From contig OZ076409.1 in assembly GCA_964187785.1 (NCBI GenBank), positions 79,486,001 to 79,550,000 on the forward strand: DNA of 64,000 bases, in the 5' to 3' direction. Source of the stretch: Amphiscolops sp. MND2022. Taxonomy: Eukaryota. Of the stretch, positions 27,721 through 41,103 are shown one piece after another. The stretch's first letter is position 1. Every line of letters begins with the position of its first letter. The notes beneath the pieces were generated by a model, which was not told where the DNA came from, did no database searches, and worked only from the letters and a program-made list of their open reading frames with translations. A program made the translations under genes and the position numbers.

Positions 27721-28398
27721 TTCGAATTTAAGTTGTTTTATTTTGTATGGAGAGTCGATTTTTAAATTTGATTGGTCGACAAGGTGATATCGCCATAGTT
27801 TTCAACTTTATTATGATCTTCATTTAGAGTCGTATTTTTGGTCGAAAACTTTTGCTACAATACTATTGGCGAGCGAGCGAAACATTTCTGCTGTTTGAGA
27901 TCATTTCTTTATTTTCTGCTGTTTGGGAAATCACCACAGTTACCTGGATATTTTGTTTAGTTCCTTACAATGGTCTAGTTCGGATGAAACTCGAAAAAAA
28001 AATACTGTGAAAGTTTGGTACATAAACATGCTTTCTATAAGAAGATAAAGAAAGCAGAAAGTTAGACGTTCTAGAGCGGCAGACTCGTCGTCTGATTCTG
28101 AAGCGTGTATATGAACAAGTGAACATGTAGAGCCTGTAAAAACTTCCCAGAAATAACATCAGTTGAAGAATACGTCCTGTGAAGAATATGTCAGTTGGGC
28201 CCGACCATCGCAAAAAGGTGATTTTTACATGAGAACACAAATATTAGTACGAAAATTGCTCACCCCACAATGGAGACCGAGATATGAAAACAGAATTTGG
28301 AATCTATGCTCAGGGAAAATAGCCAGAGAATAAAAAAGGATTTATATAGTATCTTGGATACAATGGATCTTCAAATGCAAAAAGCTTATGCCAATGCC

Positions 28399-29033
28399 AA
28401 CAAGACGGGAACGTCTAAAGTCGGCGCTATATCTAAGGCTCAAAAAGCTCAGTTTTCTAAATATGCCCAGGATGTATTCATGAAAAGCTTTGAAAACACT
28501 TTCGAGACACCCAAAGTGTGCCTTTCATGCTCGATATGACTGGAAAATCACTTTTCTCGACTGGAAACAAAAAAAATTTTTGAAAATTTTTTTGAAATTT
28601 TTTTTTGAAAAAAATTTTTTTTGAAAAAAACTTCGAAAATGTCGCATAGTGCCGAAAAATGAAAAGGGGGGACCCTTTGGGATTCATTAACATACTTTCT
28701 GTTGCAAAATATTTAAAAAATCCGAAGGGGGGACTCTTTGAAAAATTAAAAATTTTCGAAAAAAAAATCGCACAGTGCCGAAAAAAAACTGAAAGGGGGG
28801 ACCCTTTGGAGTCTTCCGGTTTTGTAGGTTAAGTAAAAAAGGTAACAAACGAAAGGGGGGACCCTTTGCAGTAAGTTTGCATTGGTGGAACTTGGCCTGA
28901 GTGAACTTATCAGTTTCTGTAAAAAGTGGTACATACGCGATGAGCTGTGGTCTGACGAAAAAAAAAAGAAAAAAAAACTAGCCACTGTAATAGTCGGGCA
29001 TTTTTCCTTAAAGGAAAATGCGCCGACTAAAAA
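28399..29033 (+). mobile_element. HINE-like dispersed repeat
   Basis: Head aacaagacgggaacg..agtcggcgc, internal 'aaggggggaccctttg' subrepeats, and 3' hairpin agtcgggca..tgcgccgactaaaaa. Confidence 0.75.
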
Positions 29034-30965
29034 CAGCAGGAAAATACCTCGATAAAAGCTGCTGTTAATAGAATGACGTATATTAGGTGGAGACGGAAAT
29101 GAGTGGTACGTCAGATAAACCCGAACAATTATTCAAACACACCTCATGAAAAACCATGCTCCGATTTGAACGTAAAATCGAGTTGATCTTTCAATGACTT
29201 GACAAGTGAAGGGCAGTCATAACAACTTGTTTCTCGATAAACGTCTCTGCAACAAAACATTCCAGAAAAAAGTCACGAACAATTTACGACGCTTTTTTAA
29301 AATCTAAAATAACTGCCTCAGTAGCGTTGTAAGCACGAGGTAAATACAAAATATCTTATGCTTCTGAAAGTAAAAATTTTCTATCAAGAAGAAAATAAAC
29401 AATCGGAAAACTTCAACAGCTACAAAGTTAATTGCTATCAAAGTGGCCATTAAATGTCATACAAAGTACATACGCGATCCCAATAATGCCGCCACTCAAC
29501 TACCTTGCTCAAATGAAGGTTGAAAGCGAGAAACCAATACATCGAGCAACATCAACAGCAGGTATGGTTTTCCCAGTCATTCCAAAATCAAGTTCGGATG
29601 TATCATTAAAAATATGAATTTTACATCCGGTTAAATGAAATCAAGTTGAAAACTCATTGTCTTTTGAGGAAATTGCTCCGCCCTAATCAACACATTATGA
29701 CAACAATGAATTGTGACTGATGACTAGGCGAAGTTTAACGGAACAAGGCATCAAAATATTAACGTGGTTCATAAACTGTTTTAGATTTTCTGCTGAATAA
29801 AATGGAAATGCCTCGACTTTTAAGCTTGTTTGGGAACGCAGAAAAAAATAAATGATACTAGGAAGATAAATATACGTTGAATGTTTTTTAAAATTCATTT
29901 CATCTGATTCTGTGATTCAGAAGTTTGAAACTTTAAACCCACATTGAGTCTCTACAATCACTTCTCTTCGATGACGACAACCAGAAGTCAAACGATTAAA
30001 GCAGCAGTTTTGGAAGTGGAGGAAAAGGTAAGTTCCACTGATAATGACCTTTTCTAGTTTCAGAGCGTAGAAATGGGTGACCAAGACGTCCATCTCCCGG
30101 GACCTTCTAGCGGAGATTCCCAGAACTCGAGAAAATCTGAATATGGAGAGCTAAAAACGTCTTTGAAAGAATAAAATCTCAGTCGAGATTAGGTGTCTAT
30201 TGGTCCACTGTCCAAAGGCATTGATTCAAACTATGGACACAATCTACTCTATGTTTTGAGGACGTTGAAAACTGCGTTCCTAGCGAGTTCGGTAACAGTG
30301 ATCTGGTGAACTGAACAGTTTTCGAAAAAAACTCAAAAATCTCAAAGATTGAATTTTGGTCAAGTAGATCTTTGCAAACATGGAACAATACAGCGCGGAA
30401 ACCCAAATACACCAGCTTCCCAGCTCCATCCACGACGCAGAAATCCCAACTTCCTTTATGCCTAGTAAAATTCCTCTCCATATTTTCACTAATGGTAGAA
30501 ATTGTTGGAAAAAATTCCTATGGTAAAACGAAGACTTTTTGTTGCCTAAGAAACATAAAAACACTGAACGCTTGGGGTTTAATGATGAATTCCACGGAAA
30601 TTCAAAGTTTTTGGGTGGTATAGGAAATGTCTTTTTCTCACATTTTTTGAACTTCGACTTTGTTTTCCTTTTGACGTAGCACCAACGTTTTTTAGTATTG
30701 CATAGTCTAGTTTCATAGGAGTGTTGACATAATATTGACATGAATGTTTTAAACATTTTTCTTTTCCTTGACGTAGTTTTCAAGGTTTTCCGTACATTTC
30801 AATTGAGTCAACCCTCCTTTGACGTCAAATTCAGAGAGCAGTTTATCCAGGACAGGTACATGAAGGTACAGGAAGGTACTTGCCTTCAACACCCTTGCGT
30901 AATTCATCAGGATCCATGATTTTTAACTTTTCCTGAATTGCTCTTAGCTACTCATCGTTTTTAAA

Positions 30966-31656
30966 AACAAGACGAGAACGTCTGAAGTCGGCGCTATATC
31001 TAAGGCTCAAAAAGCGCAAAGCATTTTTTTGTTTTTTCTTTTGGAAATAGCCGCACAGTGCCGAAAAATGTAAAAGGGGGACCCTTTGGGATTTATTAAC
31101 ATGCATTCAGTTACAAAATATCAAAAAACTCGAAGGGGAGACCCTTTTGAGACATTAAAATAATTTCGGAAAAGTCGCACAGTGCCTAAAAAAATCGAAA
31201 AGGGGGGACCCTTTAGTCTCGTCCGGTTTTGTAGGTTACCTTGAAAAAAAGTAAAAATGAAAGGGGACCCTTTGTACTAAGTTTGCACTGACCAGATTTA
31301 GCCTTGGAGAGTTTCTCTACAAAGTGAACCGATCAGTGTGAGGTCTGTGGTCTAAAGCAAAAACAAGCCGGGAACGGCCCAAGTCGGCGCCATATCTAAG
31401 GCTCAAAAATAGCAAAAGAACTTCAAAATGTCAAAGTATTGGTGAATTGGGTACCCTTTTATAATTTTTTTGAAGAAGCTTCACAATGCCGAAAAAATGA
31501 AAGGGGGACTGTTGGCGCCAGTCAATTGCGAGATCAGAAACTCAAATTCGACCCTGACTGATGAAACTTATAACACAAAACTCTTAGAAAATTTATCAAA
31601 AAAACTAGCCACTGTAAGAGTCGGGCACTTTTCCCTAGAAAAGCGCCGACTAAAAA
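30966..31656 (+). mobile_element. HINE-like dispersed repeat (two heads, at 30966 and ~31362)
   Basis: Same head and 3' gcgccgactaaaaa terminus as the 28399 copy. Confidence 0.7.
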
Positions 31657-32029
31657 CCACCCCCCTTTTAGAGAAGCACTTGTCAAATGACCCTGAAACA
31701 GCATGTATAAACTAGAAGTGCTAACTCAACTTTTCGCTCAGAACACCGAACCCCGTATCTCCCCTGGGTTCCGAGCAATTACAATCCAAAGTGACGACCC
31801 CATGAATCACCCAACTTTAATAAACAAATTATGTGATTTTCTCATATGACCTTGAAGGAAATGTAACTCTGTTGAAATTAATGATATTTACATTGTGTAA
31901 ACATACTTTAGAACCCACCTAACAACATGCCAAAACCACCACATAGTTTGTTTACTTAGCCAATACTTCATTTTATGATTTATATGTCATTTATTTAAAC
32001 CTACTTTTATTTGCTCAATATTTACTGTA

Positions 32030-33905
32030 GAATTGTAAACGATGTGTATACCATTATTAGATAGAGATTTTCTCCACTGAATAGCTATAGTCAAGTTGGG
32101 TCTTAGGACCAAGAGACTAATTGATAAACTTCTCAATCTTCACAACTTTTCGCTCGAGTTAGAGCGACTAAGTAGCTACTATCATAGTTGGAGAGCCGGA
32201 GCGCGTGAAGATAGAATGAGGGAAGTGTGTTACGGATCACATCGGATCCAAATCAGTGCAAAGCGGGATTGCAGGGTCACATCGGACCAACCAGCCACAA
32301 GATACAGTCCTTTAAACAAGAAAACCAGGATTTGTTTAGTAACGGTCCACAGTACTAAGCAACGGATCAGGGCGGCGTAAAGTTTGTCAAGTCTCAGCGG
32401 AGAATAAGGCCAAGCAGCCGTTAAATTTGGTTCCCCAACCCGGACAGAGAAGACGAGGACGAAGACGACAGAGAAGATTGCCCAAGAAGAGCAAGTGTCT
32501 ATCTTAGAACTTGGGCTACTGTGTATCTGGGCGATTGTGCCACTGTGTATCTGGGCGATTGTGTCACTGTGTATCTGGGCGATTGTGCCACTGTGTCTGG
32601 AGTTTGTGCTATCGTGACTCTGAGAGATTAGGCTATTGTGACTTGGGAGTTTTGAGCAATTGCGACTCTGGGAAATTGAGCAATTGTTACTCTGGGAGTT
32701 TGGGCTATTGTGACACTGGGAGTTTGGGCTATAGTGACTCTGGAGTTGGGACTATTGTGTACTCTGGGAGTTGGGTTTTAGCGACATTATGGAAGTATTT
32801 GTGCATCAATTCTAGTTTTGGGACGGATTGTATTCTTTGAAACATTTCCCTGATTGAAGCAAAGAACTGGTCAAAGACGTCATTGCAAGTGAATCCATCA
32901 AGTAAAGAAAAGGGATCAAGTCAGAGGGACAAGATCCACCAAAACAATCAAGTTCGTCAAAGAAGGCAAGTGTAATCGACAGTATTGGGATGATTTTTCA
33001 CGAATTGGCGATTGATTACCGGATTGAGCAGTTGACTCTTTGCACCTGAGAAGTTGCACAGTTGGGAAAAGTGACAAAGACACCCTTGAGAAGTTCGAAA
33101 GCCCTCAGTGAAACAAAAGAGTCATCAGAACAAATGAAAAGCGGGAAGAAAGAAAGGCACGGGATGCAGCATCCTCGAATGACAAATTTGTTTGTAGAAA
33201 GAAACACAAAGCAGAGCCAACAACTGATGGAGCTCAGACCAAAAGATTTGGAGAATGTGGCAGATTGGTACGCGTGGAGCCTCTATTGGGATTTTGTACC
33301 GCTACATGTGAAAAAGCTCCATACGTTGGTAAAAGACATGGATGACAAACTCGATGAGAAAGCTGTTGTATCCAAAAGCAACTTGATTGATTGGGTAATT
33401 GAATACCGCGACAGAAGACAAGTGTTGCTGTTTTGTGTAGACTTTATGTTGAGTCTTACGAATGAAGAAATGCAAAGACAGCTCAGTCGAAGTGTGACTG
33501 AAAGGAAAGAATGCTTTGCAAAATTGGAATCGAGTTGGGGGATACTGGTTCCCCGATGCGAAGCAAATGTTAAAGTGTCCAATTGACGGGACAGATGCGT
33601 TGAAACAGAGTCAGATGGCAAATTGAACATCTGCAGACGCAGCTGAGATGCCCCCGCACAAGAAAGTTGAGGCAAAGACATTTCGATGAGACAAAGCGAA
33701 ATTGTATAAAAAAACGGCTAGTGAAAAGGAATCACTGACGCGGTCAAGAAGTATCAATGACCAAGAACCTCGCTGTGTTATGGAAGACAGCTTATCGGAA
33801 GTGGAAAACTCAGTCAACGATGTGACATCACTACTCAAAGAAGAGGGTAAGGTGCCTGACAAAACAATCCAGAAAGAACAATTATTGAAAGAACAACAAA
33901 TTTAG
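32030..33905 (+). mobile_element. 5' part of a second LTR retrotransposon (LTR, PBS, leader minisatellite, gag-like relic)
   Basis: TGGTTCCCCAACCCGG at 32428 resembles the complement of a tRNA-Glu 3' end. It is followed by a purine-rich leader and interrupted charged ORFs at 33062-33905. Left boundary is approximate. Confidence 0.55.
32510..32790 (+). repeat. 24-bp minisatellite, diverging 5' to 3'
   Basis: actgtgtatctgggcgattgtgcc x3, then roughly 8 degenerate 'actctgggagtttgggctattgtg'-type units. Confidence 0.85.
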
Positions 33906-34669
33906 CAAGTTGTATATACATATTTACTGCATATTATTTACCAACACATATGCATCGTCAGGTATTTGAGAGTGACCATTGGCCACATGGTCTTAGTAAA
34001 ATACAGTATTGCTCAACATTAACTCTTCACCAGATTAGCATAGTCCATCGTTAACAGTCAGTGGTTTATGTATCCCAAAATCATACAATTCTTCAGTGAT
34101 GGTTTTTCCTTCTCGTTTCAATTTTCATAATCGGCACTGTAGATATTTTCTGGTCATGGTCATTTCGATCGAATTGATTTGAAAAAAAAACCGACAAAAA
34201 GCTGATAAAAAAGTCAGTTTGATTCCATAAAGTACCGACCAAAAACTGTCAAAACCATAAAACGTCGCCTAATGTAACCGTTCATCATATCTTTAAAGGC
34301 TCCAACTCAGGTGTTAACCCTGTGTAATCAGAATTTTCTTTGGATTTTTTGAAACAGAAAAGAAACCTTTTTACCCTGGAAAAGGCCTGAAGATTAGGAC
34401 ATTGAGGTAAAATGAAGAAAATCAAGCCGGGAACGGTTAACTAAGAAAGTCAACAAAAGATAACTTAGAAAACTGAAATCCCCTGAAATCCCTGTTAAAG
34501 AATAGTTTTCTTTTTCCTCTATTTGAAATCACTGTTAAAGAATAAACTCAAACGATCAAACGTCTCACGGAATAAGACTATGATAATCCTTGCTTGGTTG
34601 ACACAGAGGCGAAGCCGTGCTTCGCAAACACTTGCGAACTTTTGAAGAAAACCAAATAGGCAATTTCAT

Positions 34670-35720
34670 ACGGAAAACCAAGGGTAAAAGGAGATTAAAA
34701 TTTCTCCGGCGCCAATTTTACGGCGCCAAAAAATACCCGAAGGGATACGCGTAAGCCTCGAAAACCATTCTTCCCCAACTGAAAACAGCAAAAAACCCAT
34801 TCTTTCTCAACGGAAAACCTCAAACAGATAATAGAAAAAAATTTCAAAATTTTTCGAAAACATTTTTGATGGTCTCCGGTAAGTCGCAAAGCCTTGAGGA
34901 GTCCTCTCGCAAAACGTTTCGTTTCTTGTAAAAATTGAGCAGGGGCTTCGGTGAAAACAAATTTTAAAAAAGTCGCATAGAAAAAAGATCGGTCTTTAAA
35001 AAAACGGTCTTTTAAAACTAAAAATTGAGAAAAAATTTTCCGAATTTTTTTGAAGTTTCCTCTAAGTCGCATAGTGCCGAAAAATGTGAAAAAGGGACCC
35101 TTTAGGATTTTATAACTTTCGTTCTGTTGCAAGATATCAAAAAAATTGAAAGGAGGACGCTTTGGGTACATTAAAAAATTTTTGAAAAAAATAAGGGAGT
35201 CTAAAAAATTTTTGAAAAAAAAATAGAATTTTGAACAGGCTCATAAAGCCGAATATTCTGAAAAAAGGGACCCTTTGGGATTTTTAAACATTCGTTCTCT
35301 TGCAAAATATCAAAAAAATTGAAAGGAGGACTCTTTGGGGACATTTAAAAAATTTCGAAAAAAAGTCTCACAAAGCCGAAAAGTCTCATAGTGCCGAAAA
35401 AAGTCAGAACCTTCTGCTTCGGAATACTTGTAAAAAAATTAGCGCATACCCACGGGTTCGAACACGAAACCTCTGGGTTGAAAAGCAAGCATCTTACCAC
35501 TAGACCATGAACGCGTGAAACGTGCGAGTTGCCGCGTGAAATCAGAGAGTTGTCGCGCGGAAAAAAAAGCACCCGCACTTTCCCATAACACTTGCTTATC
35601 ACAAGTGTAAACACTCGACCACTAGAACAAAAAAATTGCCTCGGGCATCTTTCAGAGGAAATATTTTTACTGCATCGCGAATAGTCTCGATGACCTTAAA
35701 AAACTAAACCGGCTAAAAAG
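34670..35720 (+). repeat. Dispersed repeat related to the HINE-like family and the macrosatellite unit
   Basis: Shares 'ggtctccggtaagtcgca', 'cgcaaaacgtttcg' and 'gggaccctttgg' blocks. Confidence 0.65.
35442..35514 (-). pseudogene. tRNA-derived (pseudo-tRNA/SINE-head) sequence
   Basis: GCGTTCATGGTCTAGTGGTAAG..GTTCGAACCCGTGGGTATGCGC has A and B boxes at tRNA spacing, but the acceptor and anticodon stems are mispaired. Confidence 0.65.
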
Positions 35721-36113
35721 TCGAAATTTGATCAATAAACATTTTTAGTCGAAAAAATACGAAGTAGCACCTTTAGCGAGATGATTTCCATTCTCATCAA
35801 ATGTTGTTGATATCAAGTTCAAATTACATAATGGTATGTTCATTTTTCCATACAAGTCAAGTGTAGATTTAAATGCATCTGTCGATATGCGACTACAGGT
35901 CATTGTTCCAATTATAGATTCAACTGTTAATCTGTCGACACGTGACACTTCCGCTCCGGTACTCGTCTTTCGTATTCAAGCTGGGGTCCTCCTTCTAATA
36001 TCAACCGCTTCTAGAGCCAGCAAGGTGCGTTTGTGGGTCTTTGGTGCTACCACTTCAAGATCATCGATAAAGACCTACCTCAGAAAATAAATACTCATTT
36101 TTAAAAAGAAATC

Positions 36114-37670
36114 TTAATTGCTAGCACTTGTTACAGGCTCGAAGTTCATAATCCATAAAAGGCTGTGATCGTTTGTTATTTCTATTTTTTCCGAAGTGCA
36201 AGAATTGCTGGTACTAATGAGTCCTCCCATTTCCATAGTTGCATTTGCTACATCATACTTCAATCCAGATGTTGTTATTCCAGACACCGGCCCAAAAATC
36301 GGAACATATCCACAAGTGGTCGTTCGACAGAGACTCACGTCTATTTCATGTTCGCCGGGAGGAAGAATCCAAGAAAGAGATTCTTGTGAAAGCAGAAACA
36401 ATGGATGGACAGAATCTGGGAGTTTACTGTATCCATAGGCTGTATTGAGTTGAGATATAACATGATCTACACGACCATAGAGTGGACACACCACTAAAAT
36501 TCCTCCCACATTGAAATTTGGAGTTTCTCTCAATTTTCGGCACGTGAGATTTAGAGCTTTGTCAAAATCTGTTGAATCTTGATCATCATCATGTAAGATT
36601 TCCACGTTTTTACTACGGAAATGTTCTGACGTGCTCTCTGTGATTGAGTCTAAGTCACCTGAAAAACACAAAAGTTGATTTTCCCTTCATAAAGCAAACC
36701 CTTTCTTGACTTTCAACTGATGGACTACTTTACAAAGAACTGCTGACTTGAATTTAAAGACGAGGTGTCATCTCGAATTTGGCAGTTAAAGATAGTATGT
36801 ATTAAACAAGACGGGAACGTCCCAAGGCGGCGCCATATCTTAGGCTCAAAAATATTCAAGGAACAACTATTGGAAAAATTTGGAAAAAAATTTTTTTCAA
36901 AAAAAATTTTTTGATTTTTTTTTCGAAAAAAAGTATTTTTTAGGTCGCACAATGCCGAAAAACTCAAAAAGAGGCCATTCAGGCTCATTCAACGTTTTCT
37001 ACAAACCGAAAACTTCAAAAAAATTCAAGGGGGTACCCTTTGATAAATTTCGAAAATTTTCGAAAAAAGTCGCATAGTGCCGAAAAAAAACCCAAAGGGG
37101 GGACCCTTTGGTCTCACATGTACTTTTGGAAGCATTAAAAAATTTATGGTTTAGTGCGAGAATCGAACCCACGCTCTCCGACTGGGTCGAAGATGGAAGA
37201 TGAACAAATATGAAAGATGAACAAAAATTGTAAGAAAAGTGGACCACTCAGAGTGAGATTGTCAACTGAAAAAAAAACTACTCACTGTAAGAGTCGGGCT
37301 TTTTTCCTTAAGGGAAAAGGCGCCGACTAAAAATACCAATGATAAAATTACTAGCAAAGATTCTAGCATTCATAGATTACAACAAAATAAGTGCCCAATA
37401 GTATACCCACTTGGAAACAAGAGATATGTTTCATTCATACTTACGATACTTACCAACAACACTATGTGGAATCAGATCAAGTTCTTTTAGAGTATTGGCC
37501 CCTCCATCCGCAGCTATTCTGAGTGGTGAACTCTGCCAATGCGAGGCGAACAGATCAACGTTTAAGATTGGCGTGTTCAGGATGATCAGTGCTTGAGGAG
37601 TAATCGCCCCTTGGCAGAGAATCTTCCGTGGCTCCCAAAAGTATTTCTTTATTGCTGCAATTGTAGACAT
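36114..37670 (-). CDS. TPK1: Thiamine pyrophosphokinase; exons 37670(or 37682)-37454 and 36658-36114
   Basis: ADGGAN, GDLDS (across a phase-1 GT-AG junction), DQDSTDFDKAL, GRVDH, TTSGLKY and GGLISTSN motifs. Confidence 0.93.
36805..37333 (+). mobile_element. HINE-like repeat in the TPK1 intron
   Basis: Full head (aacaagacgggaacgtcccaag) and 3' hairpin/gcgccgactaaaaa. Confidence 0.75.
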
Positions 37671-38376
37671 TCGCAGCCTCATCCATGCACATAAAAAAAC
37701 CGACCGAGTAACTGTTTTCTTCAATTTTTATGTGAAAGCAATTGAAGCGTGTTGATCGACAATTCGAAATTATTTGAAAGTTTCGGTCTCGTCCGAGATT
37801 TCAAGAAGGAGCTCAAACAAGCAATTTTCGAAGACCTTTTCACCAATATTCAACAAAAGGTAGATGCAACGGGAATGTAAAGTTGAAAACGAAAAATCAA
37901 AGTTAGAAGACTATAATGAGAACGATAAACGCAACGTTCTTCGATAAACTTTGTGGATAACACAGCACCTGCTGTGACTGTTTTTTTTTCGTTTCAACTT
38001 TCAATCAAGAACCCTAACAAAGAACAGAAAACATCTCCATATATGTGAGTTAAAAGATACCATTCCAAAGAAAACTGCTACGAGCTTTGATTAATTCAAT
38101 GAATGCAGCAACTTTTTGAGATGCAACTAGCAAATCAGATTCAAAATTAAGAGTCAATGTGACAGAGGCGGCAACATTCTTGGTGAAATCAAACATTTCG
38201 ATGTGAACATTAAATAGTACATTAAATGGTATCAGTCAGGCATTCGATTGAGTTGATTTCAGCCATACAATCCTCATGAACCCGTTTCTTTCTTTTGTAC
38301 ACATCAAAGAATGTTAATGGCTTCGAAGTATGCACTCAAGTTTGTCAAAAATGAACGAGATCTAAATCTAGCTATA

Positions 38377-39130
38377 CAGTCGTTCCCAGTGCAATATAGA
38401 ACTGATGCAATCGAACATAAAATATTGCATTTCAAATATCAAACCGTTATTCATATACAAATTTGTTGCACTCCGATTATAAAAGTTGCGCGTCAAATAC
38501 CAATTCAAATATAGCAACTTTGCCATTCAAATATAAGATAGTTGCACACCGTATATTAACGTTGCATTTCAAATATGAATATTATCAATGCAATATAAAA
38601 GTTTTTTCTGAAACATCCGTTTCCGTATTTCCGTTTTAACATTTTGCTTTGCTTAACAGTTCAACTATACAACTAGTGAACAATTTGTAACAAAACGGAT
38701 ATTCCAAATGCGCGTCTCGTGATAGAGCTAGAACCTCCAAGTGAACATCGGATACAACAGGAAACTTATGTAATTATCAAGTTCCTTAGAAAGATAAGAA
38801 AGAATTTATTTATTCATTTGTAGGCCATTACATAAGTAATAAACTATACAAACAAAAGGGACGAAGAATGTTATATCCATTTATTGTTGGCTTGAAATAG
38901 TTTTGTATTGAAATGCAACAAATCTATAATCGGCCAGTCCTAATTTATAATAAGTGCGCAATTTTTAATTTTCAAACGGTATGATTATCTATTTGAATGG
39001 CAAACTGATAGTTGACGGGCAGCTTTTATAATCGGAGTGCAACAAATTTGTATAAGAATAACGGTTTGATACTTGAAATGCAAAAGTTTTATTTGATTGC
39101 ATCAATTCTATATTGCGCTGGGAACGACTG
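38377..39130. mobile_element. Long-TIR MITE (Tc1/mariner/pogo-type)
   Basis: TA-CAGTCGTTCCCAG ... CTGGGAACGACTG-TA. Inverted similarity extends more than 120 bp (e.g. aaatttgttgcactccgattataaaag / cttttataatcggagtgcaacaaattt). Confidence 0.88.
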
Positions 39131-39999
39131 TATCAAGCACAAAAAACCAATCCCGTGAAACCAATTCATTTCACGTGCTGCTATTTATATCGTTCATTAG
39201 AAATGAATTACTGAGAAACTGAGAATAAATTAACTGTAACGAAATGTTAAACTATCGCGATATTCATTTGCACTAAATTGTAACTCAATCGTTGAAAAAT
39301 TTCAAAATAAACAATGGCAGTCTTTGAAGGACGATACACGTCGACACTGTAAGACGACGAACCAAAGCAGCCCAAGAATCGCTTTGAAAAGAAGCGGTCG
39401 TATGAAATAGAAGCAAAATGCTTATGCACACGACCGCGAGACCTATTGCATGATAATCGATTGCTTGCGAACGGATTCCTGTTATCCATAAGGTTGCTGC
39501 TCAAAAGGCTCCGAATTTTTTTCAAACTTTCCTTGTCCCAAAATTCTCTCGAATTTAAAATAACGTATGAATATACATAAGATACACAATTCATGCTATT
39601 TTTGCTGTTTTTTGCCAAAATAGCTCTAAAATGAGCAAAACTGTTTACCATGAAACCATATAATTCTCGACGATCAATAAAATTTGAGATACATTGTCCT
39701 AATTTATAAATTACCCTTCACTTACCGATGTTTTCCAATTTTATTTTATAGGACCGTTATTGACACTGTAAGGAGGCTCTGCAGCTTGCAGCGTACTGAC
39801 ACCCAAATTCTTTTCACTGAAACGCCCTCAATGTACTAAGGGCAAAAAGTTCTATCTCTTTACACCATATCACAATTTCAGTACGGCGGTCCTTAATATT
39901 GTATTATCAATTTTTTCTCGACAATAAAACAATATTTTCACTTAAAGTGTTTAGTGGGAACCCAGCGGTCGCGGGTTCGAGTCCCTGCTTCAGCCAGGA

Positions 40000-41103
40000 T
40001 TTTTTTTTCGTAAATTTGCAAAATCGGTCTCCCTTATGATTTTTTTCGGCTTTCCTAGACTTTTTCGAAACGTTTTCAATGTCTCCAAAGGGTCCCCTTC
40101 ATTTTTTTCAATATTTTGCAACAAACTGGATTTTCAAAATGCCCAAAGCCCCCTTTTGAGTCGGCGCATTGTAGAAAATGTGCCCGACTATTACAGTGGG
40201 TAGTTTTTTTAGACGCGTAAAGTCCACTTTTTTGTTCATTTGTTCAACAACGTCAAATCTCAACAACTCGAACCTCAAAAGCGCGCACAAAACGAAAAGA
40301 AGAAACAAAACATACGTCCAGAACCCCGAAATCACACTAAGGATCCCCCCATAGCCCCACTTTTTTTCGGCACTATGCGACTGTTTTAGAAACTTTTTGG
40401 ATTGCACCAAAGGGTCCCTTCATTTTTTTCGACATTTTGCAACAAAATGGATGTCAAAAAATCCCAAAGGCCCCCCCTCTTTTACATTTTTGGGCACTGT
40501 GACACTTCAAAGATCTCATTTTAAAAATTTTTGTGGGAAATTTTTTCAAGTCCCCAAAGGGCTCCCCCTCATTTTTTTTTCATATTTTGCAACCAGCTGG
40601 AGTTTCACAAAGCCCCCCTTTTACAATTTCGAGCCTTAGATATAGCGCCTACTTTGGCCGTTCTCGGCTTGTTACAATTCTCGACAGTGAGATTTTTCAA
40701 AATTATTATTCTTCGTCTTGAAATCAGGTTTTCTCAGTGATCAAGCACGCTATATCCGAACTTTTGATGTTAAGTCTGAAGTAAGTTGTTTAATCGAAGA
40801 GGTGGTCGAAGTTCGAAAAGATTGCGCTTCATCCGAATTTTTGAACAAAGCGTTTTGCGAGCATGAAGGACTCCTTAGGGTTTTCGGCGATATGCGACTG
40901 TTTCCGAATAAAATTGTTTTAAAAAATTGGTTTGTTGTTTCCAGTTGGGGAAAAATGGTTTTCGAGTTTTATGTGTATCCCTTCGGGTATTTTTGGCACT
41001 GTAAAATTGATGAAATTTCAATAGCATCCTTTTGCATATTCAAAAAACTTAACTCTCTTGAACCTTGAGCGGGGCGCCGACTTTGGTCGTTCCCGGCTTG
41101 TTC
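40000..41103 (-). mobile_element. Nested HINE-like repeats
   Basis: Minus-strand heads at ~40672 and ~41102; terminal hairpin at 40154-40200. Confidence 0.65.

Noticed and set aside
29400..30900. Coding-like fragments
   Set aside because: Multiple stops and no recognisable motif, so no call can be supported.
32511..32840. Cys-rich 109-aa ORF (metallothionein/keratin-like)
   Set aside because: It is the in-frame reading of a 24-bp minisatellite with a non-ATG start.
35745..36080. Possible extra exon or gene downstream of TPK1
   Set aside because: In-frame stop, and no convincing splice sites or homology.
39945..40000. tRNA gene
   Set aside because: Only a B-box/T-arm remnant; no D or anticodon arms.
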